Below are positions 46,204 to 56,584 of a DNA stretch of 64,000 nucleotides, in pieces (the stretch's first letter is position 1; the number at the start of each line of letters is the position of its first letter). The position numbers and the translations under genes were made by a program. The notes beneath the pieces were generated by a model. The model made no database searches. It was not told the origin of the DNA and saw only the letters and a list, made by a program, of their open reading frames with translations. The DNA is from Cyanidioschyzon merolae. Taxonomy: Eukaryota. The stretch lies in assembly GCA_000091205.1 (NCBI GenBank), contig AP006496.2; one strand, 5' to 3'.

Positions 46204-49125
46204 TCACGAGGAGAACGCAGCTCCGCCAATCTGATCCCCGGTTCGAAGGACCGTCCCTGGCGATGCAATGTCGCCATTCAGCATAGGTACACCAGCGACA
46301 TCACCCAAGGTGGTGCCGCGAGGAAGTCGGAGCAACTTGCCCGAACTCTTATCGAATACGACGACATGCTGTTCCAGTTCAACGATTTGATGATAGAGTA
46401 CGCGAAAGTATTCACTGGTTGTTCCCAACGAAGCTGTGACGGTATCATCGAGAATAACATCCGCTCGACGCGACTCGGAATGCGTCAGTGTTTCCGAGGC
46501 GAGCGTCTCGCCTGAGGGCGGCTGCGTTGCCGGTAACGCTGCGACACGAGCGGGTGTATCCGATGGACCCGCTGCCGTTGTTGCTGCCGTCGGTGTGCTT
46601 ACGGCACCCGAGGCATCCGCCAGTGAGGCTACAGCAGCATCCGAGTCCGCTGCGACGTTGGATTCAAATTCGAACTCACCAACAGAAGGAGCACAGGGCG
46701 TATTGGCTAACGCCGCAGCATGCGCGATAGCGTTCCACGCAACAGCTTTCTCCCGTTCGCTCATGGCAGACGGCGAGACTGTGGTATTCGCAAAGCCCCG
46801 ATCCGTGAACAGATTCAGATTCTGCTTGTAGAGCCAGTGCGCGGCCCTGCCGTACTCCGCCAGCCGATGCATTCGCTCCGAACGCACCTGAACCTCAACC
46901 GGGAAGCCGTCGATAACTACCGTGGTATGCAGACTCTGATACCCGTTCTCCTTGGGCCAACGTATGAAATCGCGTCGCCTTTCGCGCACACTTGGCCAGA
47001 GTCGCTCGATGATGGCCATGACGGCGTCGCATGCCTCCAGCTCGCTGCTCTGATGAACCGGTCGCACAACAACCCGCAACGCCATCAGATCCAGAATGCT
47101 GTCGATGCCGCTCCCGAGACGAATCATCTTCCGGTACGTCGAGTAGAGACTCTTCACACGACCTCTGATGCGCCACGACCAAATGTAACTGTGCAACTGA
47201 GGCTCCAGACTGAGCGCATTTTCGATCGCTTGGCGAGCGTACTCGAGGATATCGGCACCTGCATCAAAGCGCAGTGCAACTTGCCGTCGCAGCGCCTCAC
47301 TCTGTTTTGGAAACAACAGCAAAAACGCCAGCTCCTCCATTTCGCATTGGAGGTAGTAGATGCCGAGCTGATTTGCGAGCGGAGCTACCACTTCCAGCGT
47401 CAAGAGAGCCAATCGCTGGGCAGTCGCATGCGTCATTGCGTCGAGCCGCTGCCTAGCGGGCGCGAGACTCGCCCGCTGGTCATCAGCGCCATCCGTATGG
47501 GATCGCGTCTCGCAAGACGCCTCTCGTGGTGTCAAGAGTCCGGGTGATACGCACGTGGGTGCTTGTTCCGCGGTCTCCTGCATCGAATTCAGTGAGCGAT
47601 CAGCAGGCGTATGCGAAACTGCAGGAGCACCAGAGGCATATGCCCCGGACGCCGTCGACGTACCCCTCACGACAGACGTCGCCACCGACTCGTCCATTGA
47701 CGACGCTGCCTCGCAGCTTCTTTGTGGTGCATTTCCCTCAGCTGCGCACGTATCTGGCGACGATGTTGCAGCGTCCATATCATCCATGAGGCCGAATGCT
47801 TCGCTGTACACGCGCAACTCGTGCAGCGTCCCTGCAAAAAAGAGCGCCAACGCGCGCCAGTCTTTGGCGACACCGATAAGCAGCTGCCGCAGACCTGCGG
47901 GATTCGAATCCATACTCGTCGCGTAGATAATGCCACGTATCGCCCTCTCCTGAATCAGAATATCTGCAACCGACCGGCCGAACTCGCTGGCGATCTCTCG
48001 CGTAGCCAGTGGTGTGTCCAGCAGAGCAGCTGCCAGCACAGCCTCGAGGTCCATCTGCAAGTCGATGACTGTATTCAGAACAGCACGACAGCGAGCGAAG
48101 CTGCGGTGTTTGCGCTCCTCGTGTATGGCGACACCCCAGGGTGTAGTCGACACAGCCGCTATGCGCCGTGCCGCCCTGTCGCTTGTACTTGGCGCGCTAG
48201 CTGCGTCCGGCGACAGGCGTTCGCGTTCCCCTCGCGCGCTTGTGCGCAAGTTCATGTCTGGTGGTGATGGTGGTGCATTCGCTGGGTCTGCCGTACTGCC
48301 TGCATCAGCATCTGGCGGTTGTCGAGCAGGCGAGTGCTGCATCGTAGCGGAACGCTGTAGCGAACGTTCCAGAGCAATGCGCACGAGGGATGAACCGATG
48401 GGTCCCAGGTACGCACAGCGAAGCTCGACATCTTCAATGAAGCGCTGCAAATCCTGTGTGGAGGATGGCCAGCCCGGGCCTTCCGCAACCTCACTGCATC
48501 TTCGCTGCTTTTCCAGGTTCTGGAGCGCCCGGCTAACCTGCGATGAAACCTGAATAAAATCTGAGCTGGAGACGTCTTTCGAGACTCGCTCTGGTGCCCG
48601 CCTGTGCTCGTTACGTCGCTGGCTCAGGGCTCCTGATTCGCGAGCCGCACCAAAGCACTCATACGTTCCATGCCTTGCGGGAGTGGTCGCTAGTCCCTGG
48701 CGGCGGCTGCGGTGCAGAAAAAGGCGCACGCCGACAGGTTTCCCAGTCGCTGACGGAGGCCGCTCCGGAACATCTTGCTGTTCACTGCGGGTGTTTTCAT
48801 CACCCGTGGCCACCTGAGCATCACCAGTCTTGTGTCGCACGTTCCAGACACACTTTGGTGCAGCAGAAGCGCCTTCCTCGCCATAGAACGGAGTTCGCTC
48901 AGGAAGCAGCCCCTGTTCGACCGGATCGATGCCCAGACGAAGAGCGCAGCGCCGCCCTTCGAAGCGGCCGCTACAAAACACCCTCCGTACAGGCGGAACG
49001 CGTAGGAGTGCTCTGTTTGCCGCACATAGTGCCGCCGCGCTCCCAACGAAGCCGTGAACCCGCTCTATTCGCACAGGCTGCAGACTCGGCTCAACGAAGC
49101 AGCTCGATGAGCGCCCAGTTGACAT
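46204..49125 (-). CDS. RSH: Long RelA/SpoT homologue (RSH): N-terminal extension, degenerate HD (pseudo-hydrolase) domain, low-complexity linker, intact (p)ppGpp synthetase domain and C-terminal TGS domain. No ACT or EF-hand region.
   Basis: Synthetase core VVAPLANQLGIYYLQCEMEELAFLLLFP...IRGRVKSLYSTYRKMIR...ILDLMALRVVV...ENGYQSLHTTVVIDGFPVEVQVRSERMHRLAEYGRAAHWLYK matches the RelA_SpoT consensus (GRxKxxYSIYxKM, DxxAxRIIv, NGYQSLHTtv, EVQIRT..MH..AE.G.AAHW.YK). HD region AAALLDTPLATREIASEFGRSVADIL...AKDWRALALFFAGTLHELR aligns to AALLHDvvEDT...AkDiRVilIKLADRLHNMR but lacks the His-Asp dyad and the ADRLHN Asp. TGS LRLPRGTTLGDVAGVPMLNGDIASPGTVLRTGDQI lies at the C-terminus. Confidence 0.88.
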   Translation of the reverse strand: MSTGRSSSCFVEPSLQPVRIERVHGFVGSAAALCAANRALLRVPPVRRVFCSGRFEGRRCALRLGIDPVEQGLLPERTPFYGEEGASAAPKCVWNVRHKTGDAQVATGDENTRSEQQDVPERPPSATGKPVGVRLFLHRSRRQGLATTPARHGTYECFGAARESGALSQRRNEHRRAPERVSKDVSSSDFIQVSSQVSRALQNLEKQRRCSEVAEGPGWPSSTQDLQRFIEDVELRCAYLGPIGSSLVRIALERSLQRSATMQHSPARQPPDADAGSTADPANAPPSPPDMNLRTSARGERERLSPDAASAPSTSDRAARRIAAVSTTPWGVAIHEERKHRSFARCRAVLNTVIDLQMDLEAVLAAALLDTPLATREIASEFGRSVADILIQERAIRGIIYATSMDSNPAGLRQLLIGVAKDWRALALFFAGTLHELRVYSEAFGLMDDMDAATSSPDTCAAEGNAPQRSCEAASSMDESVATSVVRGTSTASGAYASGAPAVSHTPADRSLNSMQETAEQAPTCVSPGLLTPREASCETRSHTDGADDQRASLAPARQRLDAMTHATAQRLALLTLEVVAPLANQLGIYYLQCEMEELAFLLLFPKQSEALRRQVALRFDAGADILEYARQAIENALSLEPQLHSYIWSWRIRGRVKSLYSTYRKMIRLGSGIDSILDLMALRVVVRPVHQSSELEACDAVMAIIERLWPSVRERRRDFIRWPKENGYQSLHTTVVIDGFPVEVQVRSERMHRLAEYGRAAHWLYKQNLNLFTDRGFANTTVSPSAMSEREKAVAWNAIAHAAALANTPCAPSVGEFEFESNVAADSDAAVASLADASGAVSTPTAATTAAGPSDTPARVAALPATQPPSGETLASETLTHSESRRADVILDDTVTASLGTTSEYFRVLYHQIVELEQHVVVFDKSSGKLLRLPRGTTLGDVAGVPMLNGDIASPGTVLRTGDQIGGAAFSS

Positions 49126-49884
49126 AAACCAACTGTTTTCCTTACCAATAGTAAAGTAATTCTATTCTTGGAACACGCTCTCTGTCGTTGAATGCAGACC
49201 ACCCGACCCGTATGTCTCGGTTATCGAGTACGTTCCGTGACGCTCCCTTCACACAGCGCGCTACCGACACGTCATCTGCGCTCGGGGCTTCGCAGGCCGT
49301 TTCGTGCCGGTAATCCGGACATCCGGACAATCTCGCGATGGCGGGAACGCGCTGATGCGCTGGCGCTCCCAGTCTTCTGGACCTCCATCCAGATATGAAA
49401 CAAGTGCTGGCAAGAGTAGTCATCGAAGGGTGCCCCAGTCGTTGTGCAGTGTTCTAGTCAACGCGGTGCACGCTGGCTGGAATACCTGGTCCAAGACGCC
49501 GAGTCTGTGTTTGCGGGGTTTTTATCACAGGTATCCGCAGGAGGGATTGGAACCTGTTGGTGTGGGGACGTTCGTGCAGGGACCTGGTGCTGTCACTGCT
49601 AGCCTGCGAAGAACGGCTGCACTTGTACAGGTCAGTCGTTTGTAGGTCAGCAGGGCGATGAACCACGCGTTTCGTGGTCACGGTCATGAAGTTGTTGCAG
49701 ACAGCACGGAAAGTATCCAACGGTATGTATAGGACTCGCTCCTTCTTATTGCAATGCATTCCGAGCGATGTTTGAGAGTTTTTGGAAGAGATGTCACAGG
49801 TTGAGAAGTTTTCCGCACCGCTGATACGAAACGATGATAGAGAAGCACGAATGGACCGAGAAATTGCGGCGATAGGGGATGACG

Positions 49885-50964
49885 AATGCATTCATAGAAT
49901 CCGGGTTCTCGGTCGAGTTTTCCGAGTGGCTCGTTCGACTCCTTGCCGCTGGAAATCGTTATGTGCACGTTACAAGGGGAGTGTCGACGCCCTCGATCTA
50001 CGCTTCGTAACGTGAACGGGAGCACTATCCGAATCATACGATGCGGACTCTGCGTTTCAACATTCCTTGCCTGCAGCACGCTCAGATACCGAATTCTTCA
50101 AGTTTTCGATGGTTCTGCTTCAAGGCAGCACGAGGGCGCAGCAGGCATCGCCGCTGGATGGACGACGACGGGGAAAAACTCTACATCAGCTTTGGAGACT
50201 TTCCCAGACGCTCATGCCGAAAGTTCACTGAACCTGTCTCATCAAGCAACAGATTCAGCTCGGAACACATACCCTCCGCTCTTGGTGGCCGTCGACGACA
50301 TGTCATTCGGCATCCGACGGCAGCAGCACGGTGCCTCTCAGGGGGTATGCACTCAGGGGCTGGCGGCTCATCTGTTTGCCAGCAAAGGGTCTTGGACTCG
50401 CGCTTGAGTCATCGATGCGATCGCATTTGGCGATACGAGCGCCATCGCTTTCCATGAACGGGGGCGTAGACGGATCGCATTTTCTCGACCTGCTCTCATG
50501 TCTAGATGTTCGGTCTGGTACTGGTCTCAAGACGTGGAAGAAAGTGTCCCGCAAACCCTGTATCGAGTGGTGCTGCTTGCTCTTGCGCGTGCGGTTCAGA
50601 GGGCATGCGCTGAGGGCATCGCACAGACCAAGCCCGTGCACCTGCGACACAACACCGGGTGCGGAAACGGCGGAGGGCATTTCTGGGTCAGCCTTGTTTA
50701 TCGCGCCAAGGGTGTGTAACGGGCGATGACGCCAACGTCCAAGCGCCACAAAGCGGCTGTCCGTAAGTAGCGCGTCTCGTGGGCGCATGGGAGCGCCCCT
50801 GTGCATTCATTTGTCAACGGTGCGACGTGCGCACCGAGGCTGTATACAGAAGAAAAGAGTATCGTATGCGAAGCGTAGATCGCATGTAGCGTCTGTCGGC
50901 TCAATGAATAGAACGTAGCGGAAAGCAGGGAATTCGGGCGTTGAACGCTGCCATCAACATCCTC
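49885..50964 (-). repeat. Interspersed repeat family 2, copy C (about 1.08 kb, truncated at both ends relative to B, same orientation as B)
   Basis: Begins at aatgcattcatagaatccgggttctcggtcgag and ends at cgttgaacgctgccatcaacatcc. Internal ORFs are identical to A and B apart from a few substitutions. Confidence 0.9.
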
Positions 50965-51527
50965 ACTACTATCAGCAAACGAAACCGGAGGGGAAAGGAG
51001 TCACCCGCGTATTGAAAGCCGGACCCAGATGAGAGTAAACGAGAGCAGTCTCATAAAATCCCCAAAGGCTTGTCTGGATGACCACAGGAAGAGATTCAAG
51101 TTCGAGCATATACGCCCGAGTTCGATCAATGCACCTGTCGCGTTCTGCGCCGCCACGGGGTCTCGGTACCCCGTTCGATCGCAGCGCAGCGGCCCCAGCG
51201 TCCTTCCGTTGGCGTGATGCGCATGATCCGCCGCTGGCTGCCGCCGCGGCACGCACGCAAGCACACACACCGACACCAGTGTCTCTATACTTCAATACAT
51301 GTCCATATGTTAATGTGTCATTATATTTCTATTTCTGTCCATCTACGCGAAGCACCGCGCACAGGCACAGCGCGTCGCCGTCGTCGCCGCCGTCGCGATC
51401 GACGCGCCAACGCCACAAAGCAGCCCGTGCGGCACACATCGCGTACAACGCATCCGTTCGTACCGACAAGCTGCGAGTTTGTGCAGTACTGTGTTTTGTT
51501 GCAGGTTAGCTACGCTCGCGATCGTCC

Positions 51528-52511
51528 ATGTCGGAGGCAACAAAACAGCAGGCTGCGGTAAGCACGGAGCAGGTGCAGAAGGCGAAGCAGAAGGCGAAAA
51601 CCTCCGTGACATCTTTCTTGAAGGACTTGGCTGCGGGTGGTGTTGCGGGAGCGATCAGCAAAACGGCGGTGGCACCGATCGAGCGTGTGAAGCTGCTGTT
51701 GCAGATTTCGTTGAGCAACCCGCAAATAAAGCCAGAGGACCGTTATAATGGAATTTTCGATACTTTCCGGCGTGTCGTGCGAGAGCAGGGCTTTTGGTCG
51801 CTATGGCGTGGGAACATGGCGAACGTACTGCGCTACTTCCCGACACAGGCGTTGAACTTTGCTTTCAAGGACACGTACAAGCAAATGTTCTTGGCCGGCG
51901 TAGATAAGGACAAACAGTTCTGGCGTTTCTTTATGGGTAACCTGGCTAGTGGCGGAGCTGCTGGCGCCACCTCGCTTCTCGTTGTGTACCCGCTGGACTT
52001 TGCGCGAACGCGCCTGGCTGCTGACGTCGGCAAGGGGAAGGATCGAGCATTCACCGGCCTTGGTGACTGCATCATGAAGATCTACCGGAGCGATGGCCTT
52101 CGGGGACTCTATCAAGGATTCGGCGTAAGTATTCAAGGCATTATTGTGTACCGGGCGGCATTCTTTGGCTTCTTCGACACTGCCAAGGCCTTGCTGCTGA
52201 AGGATCCACGCAACGCGCCTGTGTGGCAGTCCTGGCTCATTGCGCAGACCGTCACCACCGTGGCCGGTATTATCAGTTATCCCTTCGACACTGTTCGCCG
52301 TCGGATGATGATGCAGAGCGGTCGCGTAGGCCAGCGCGAATACACCGGCACGCTGGACTGCTGGGCGAAGATCATCAAGAATGAAGGCACTAGCGCCCTC
52401 TTCCGAGGTGCATTCTCGAATGTTATCCGAGGCACGGGCGGCGCCTTTGTTCTGGTGCTCTACGATGAGTTCAAGAAAATCATCAACCCAACAGCTGTGA
52501 TGTACAAGTAA
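51528..52511 (+). CDS. AAC: Mitochondrial ADP/ATP carrier (adenine nucleotide translocase), mitochondrial carrier family
   Basis: Three carrier repeats. Signature RRRMMM hexapeptide ([12 protein letters not shown]). Also LLLQ...[38 protein letters not shown] and [28 protein letters not shown]. Confidence 0.93.
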   Translation: MSEATKQQAAVSTEQVQKAKQKAKTSVTSFLKDLAAGGVAGAISKTAVAPIERVKLLLQISLSNPQIKPEDRYNGIFDTFRRVVREQGFWSLWRGNMANVLRYFPTQALNFAFKDTYKQMFLAGVDKDKQFWRFFMGNLASGGAAGATSLLVVYPLDFARTRLAADVGKGKDRAFTGLGDCIMKIYRSDGLRGLYQGFGVSIQGIIVYRAAFFGFFDTAKALLLKDPRNAPVWQSWLIAQTVTTVAGIISYPFDTVRRRMMMQSGRVGQREYTGTLDCWAKIIKNEGTSALFRGAFSNVIRGTGGAFVLVLYDEFKKIINPTAVMYK

Positions 52512-53902
52512 GCAAGCTCTGACGTCAAGGGTGGATGCACCAAAGGCCAGATGTTTCCGCCTTCGTAACTGCTGCGATGCAAGCGGCGTAACGCCGGCGC
52601 TTGAAAGCGCAGCTAGACGGGGTGGCATATGCGAGATGAACTGTCCTGGTTGTAAACGTAAATTTGGTTTAAATTCAAACCTAGGAATCGCCGACGTTGC
52701 CTTCGAGCGCTTTTCATTGCGAGCACCGCATTGCGTCCGGAAGAGGTACTCCGTACCACACGCTTTCTCTGAGAACGCAATCCGTGGTGCATCATACCAG
52801 CAGACTAGCCACACCAAACTTTGGCAAGTTTGGAAAAGCGATCTCTAGCCGTTAGACCTGGTTGCCTGTCCGCAACAGGTTCTTGTGCGCCAGCTGCACC
52901 ATACCTGTTGTCTTTGGGCAAGCGCTTGACGCTCCCGCGACGCTGCTGGCACTTGAGCGGAAAACCATAGCGTACACAAGGGCGTTTTATCAGGTCAGCG
53001 CAGTGCATCGCAACTACTATCCGGCGCAGGGCAGGCTCCCAGAAATCCTCGTGAAGCATGAACGCCTCCGAGTAGACTATTGGTTCCGGAGGACAGGCTC
53101 ACGTCCCTAGAACGGTGCTTGGGTTTCTGTTGCGTGAACTTGAAATGTCGCTGATGACTTTGTGTGATAACAGCGCGCAGAAGCAGGTACCAGATGCATA
53201 ACCTCATGCATAGAGTCGTTTTGCGCTGGAGTTCATCCATCATTCAAGCAGCAGCAGCAGCAGCAGCTGCTGCTGCTCTTCTGGCTAGCCCCAGGCAACA
53301 GCGCTTGCGTACGACTCCGCGTAGGAAACGTTCTCTTCAGTTTGATTTGGCTTACAGCACCTGAGACACCTGCCATTGCGCCATAAATGTGTCGAAGCGC
53401 CGTCTCAGCCCCTGTTCTCCAAAGATTTCTACCTGGTGCAGCACTCGACTGAACCACAGACGGCGTCAGCACGCCTGCGGAAAAGCTGTCTGATCTTCCT
53501 TCGGTGCCTCGCACACCCGCTCTTCATCCAATACCGATCCAGACTCGCCAACCGTCGCTAGTTGTAGTCGAACAGCACCGAAAGATGGAAAAACACGGCA
53601 TGAAGCGCACAAGTCAATGACTCCGTTCATGTGTGCTGTCTGGCGACAGGCTAGCATCGACGTGCTGCTCCCGGAACCTCTGGATGCTGCACTGGACATC
53701 GGGTTTCGAATCCATCGCTCCCGCAATCCGATACGCATCCTTTCCAAAGCATAAGAGCACGACGCCTTGCCAGGATGCTGTTCAGCATTGCCCAAAAGCA
53801 AAGACAACTGACCCAGCATTACCTTTGCATATCACCAACGAATACGCCTCATATCATCGAACGAGACACGCTCGATGACCGCACCATATCCGTACGATAC
53901 AG

Positions 53903-56584
53903 TCAGGGAATCGTCTCGATATCATCGAACCAGACGCGCTCGATTACCGCACAGTTCGGAGCGGCTTCCGCTGCATCACGGTGGTCTCTGGGGTGGCCCT
54001 CCGAGTCGCTCGGTTCAGGTGTTCGCGCTCGATCGATCGGGACCTCGTCAGTCAGCAGCTTATAGCGTCGCTCGTCGCAGCCGTATGGACGTGTTCGCAG
54101 ACAAATCAGGGTGTGCAGGGGAATATCGACGTACGGCACCTGCTCCTGCTTGAGGCCCTTGAAGAAAGCATAGATACTCCGAATAATCGCATTGTGAGCA
54201 ACAATAAGAAGAGGTTTGGTTTGACGTTCAATTTCCAGAATTATCGGTTCGACTCGATGGATCACATCAAGATACGATTCTCCGCTGGGATACCGATAGC
54301 GGAGCTTGTCGGCCTTGCGCGCCTCCCAGACATCGGGAAGCTCGCGTTTGATCTGCTCATAGGTCATGCCTTCGCAGATACCCGCGTTGATTTCGTTCAG
54401 CGAGCGCCAGCAGATGCAGATATCGGTGGGAATGTGACGCACTGTGAGCCAAGTGCGTCGCAACTGAGAGCACCAGACCGTGGGCAGCGGTCTGCCTTGG
54501 AACTCTCGTTGGAGGAATTCACTGAGTCGCTTGGCGTACGCTTCACCACGACGCGTGATCGGTGGATCACCGCCAAGTTGTCCGGTGACATTCCACTCGC
54601 TCTCTCCGTGTCGGGAGAGGTAGATCAGACGCGGAACGATATGCACGCTGGTGAGGTAGGAGACAATTTTGCTCTGGAGGTGACCTTTGAGATTATACAA
54701 TACAAACTTCTTGCCGCCGTCAATGATTTTGACGTAGCTGCACCCCTCGTCCTCGGTGATCGTCTCATTGGCGCGTTCGTAGTTTCTCAGACGATTCTTA
54801 AAGTCGCGGACCGCGTAGTCAGCATCTCGGTCGCGATAATCCGGTGAATTCAGTTTCGTAGCGAGAATATTCTGTTCTACAATGCGTTCATCGTTCACAA
54901 TGGACTCAAGAAAGAGGACTCGGATACCCAGATTTTCGAGGTACTCCCGGACAAAACGTCGGCGCATTTTGGTACTGTTGGTGGCGTCGTAGATGCCCAC
55001 TTGGCCGTTCTCACCGAAAAGCCACTGGTTCATCTCATGGAGTGTACGGCGGGCAAACTCCCAGCGCAAGCGCATGCCCTCATCGTTTTCGGGCGAGAAG
55101 AAAGATGCATCGCAATCGCTGCTCTTCATGAGGCGGCGTCGCATGACGCCCACGTTAAAGATCGCTGTACGGTGACCGAGCCAGTTCAGATACCTCGCAA
55201 CCTGTTGGGCGATATGGGACTTGCCCCTGGCAGGTAGCCCTGCCATCACAATCACCAGTTTGCGAACCATGTACTTTGTTTGGCCGGCTGGTTGCGCCAT
55301 TTCTGGAAGGTCGAGTGCGCTGGAAACGCGCTTTGCCTGAGACTCGATGCGACGAAGAGTCGAAGACGCTGCTAGGACCTCGTCGCCTGTTCCGGAGTGC
55401 ATCGATCCAGCGGCGGCCTGCGCTTCCACCAAGGTACACTGCTCTTGCTCTTGGTGTTCGTGGTGCTGTTGCTCTCGTTCAGGTACGTGGCGAGAATCGG
55501 GCGGTAGCGCACGGGATGTAGCCAGGTGCTGTGGCGGTTCACACGAGGCACCTGGGTCAATGTCCGCGAGACGATTCCCGGTGCCGGTGCCCTCGCCCTC
55601 GCCGCTATACGCAAGTGTTCGATGGTATTGCGGTCGAGCCGCACGGTGCCGGTCAATGAAGGCATCTTGGATACCGCCGTAGGCCTCAGAGGAGTTGTCG
55701 GCGTCGAAGTCTACAGCCAATGGGAATGATTCCTCAGCGAGCACCGGCGTTCGCTCGGTTTCCACCCGTCCACCGCCTGCAAGCAATGACGAATCTGCGC
55801 TCACAGCGTCTTCCTCGCGCTCGTTAGAAAAGCTTCTGGGACTCGGAGCAGCAGCGAGCGGTGCCAAAGACGGCGACTCTGAGCCGACGTTCCAGCGCGA
55901 GCGCCAACCCGCTGCACTCGTGTCATATTGAGACGTTGGAAAAGCACCAGATGCTTCAGCAGTTTGGTCTCCAGTTCCGCTGCCTGAGGGATTTGTTTGC
56001 TGCGCAGGCGAGAGCGGTGTCCAATGCGTGGCGGGTGCACCCTCGGCAGCTGGGGGCTCTGCTTTCTTGGCCGGCTCCGAAGCCACGGTGTTTCGCTCGA
56101 CGTGTGTCTCAGGGACAACACCTGGTGGAGACGGTTCCGAGGCCACCCTTTGCAAGTCTAACTGTTCTAAACAAGAACTTGCGGACGCTACGGCCCCCTG
56201 CTCTGGCGCTGTGGCAAGCGTACCGCTGAACGAGCGAGCGTTCCCGGCAGCAGCGTCCGTCGACGCTTCCGTTAGCGTTCGTTCCTCCCCAGTATGTTTT
56301 TGGCGTCTGGATAATTCACTCTGGATCTCAGCAACGAAAGCAAGCGAGTCATTATAGGAGACTATGCGTTTCATGATAGCCCCAGCGGGGAAGCGCGAGA
56401 CCCGCAACCTCTGTTCCAGCCGTGCGCTACTCCCATAAAAACGCTGCCTTGTTTGACTGATGCGCAGGCCAGACAACGTCATGCGAAGCGCTCGCCTGAC
56501 TGCGCTACTCGAAGGGTCGCTCCCCCGAACTATTTCATACCTGCTTCTGACAGAAAGACTGCTTGAGAAGTGGTGAGGTGTCAT
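53903..56584 (-). CDS. 6-phosphofructo-2-kinase/fructose-2,6-bisphosphatase (bifunctional PFK-2/FBPase-2) with a low-complexity N-terminal extension of about 420 aa
   Basis: Kinase P-loop VMAGLPARGKSHIAQQVARYLNWLGHRTAIFNVG. Bisphosphatase His-phosphatase motif IYLSRHGESEWN. Downstream conserved blocks (PLLIVAHNAIIRSIYAFF). Confidence 0.88.
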   Translation of the reverse strand: MTPHHFSSSLSVRSRYEIVRGSDPSSSAVRRALRMTLSGLRISQTRQRFYGSSARLEQRLRVSRFPAGAIMKRIVSYNDSLAFVAEIQSELSRRQKHTGEERTLTEASTDAAAGNARSFSGTLATAPEQGAVASASSCLEQLDLQRVASEPSPPGVVPETHVERNTVASEPAKKAEPPAAEGAPATHWTPLSPAQQTNPSGSGTGDQTAEASGAFPTSQYDTSAAGWRSRWNVGSESPSLAPLAAAPSPRSFSNEREEDAVSADSSLLAGGGRVETERTPVLAEESFPLAVDFDADNSSEAYGGIQDAFIDRHRAARPQYHRTLAYSGEGEGTGTGNRLADIDPGASCEPPQHLATSRALPPDSRHVPEREQQHHEHQEQEQCTLVEAQAAAGSMHSGTGDEVLAASSTLRRIESQAKRVSSALDLPEMAQPAGQTKYMVRKLVIVMAGLPARGKSHIAQQVARYLNWLGHRTAIFNVGVMRRRLMKSSDCDASFFSPENDEGMRLRWEFARRTLHEMNQWLFGENGQVGIYDATNSTKMRRRFVREYLENLGIRVLFLESIVNDERIVEQNILATKLNSPDYRDRDADYAVRDFKNRLRNYERANETITEDEGCSYVKIIDGGKKFVLYNLKGHLQSKIVSYLTSVHIVPRLIYLSRHGESEWNVTGQLGGDPPITRRGEAYAKRLSEFLQREFQGRPLPTVWCSQLRRTWLTVRHIPTDICICWRSLNEINAGICEGMTYEQIKRELPDVWEARKADKLRYRYPSGESYLDVIHRVEPIILEIERQTKPLLIVAHNAIIRSIYAFFKGLKQEQVPYVDIPLHTLICLRTRPYGCDERRYKLLTDEVPIDRARTPEPSDSEGHPRDHRDAAEAAPNCAVIERVWFDDIETIP

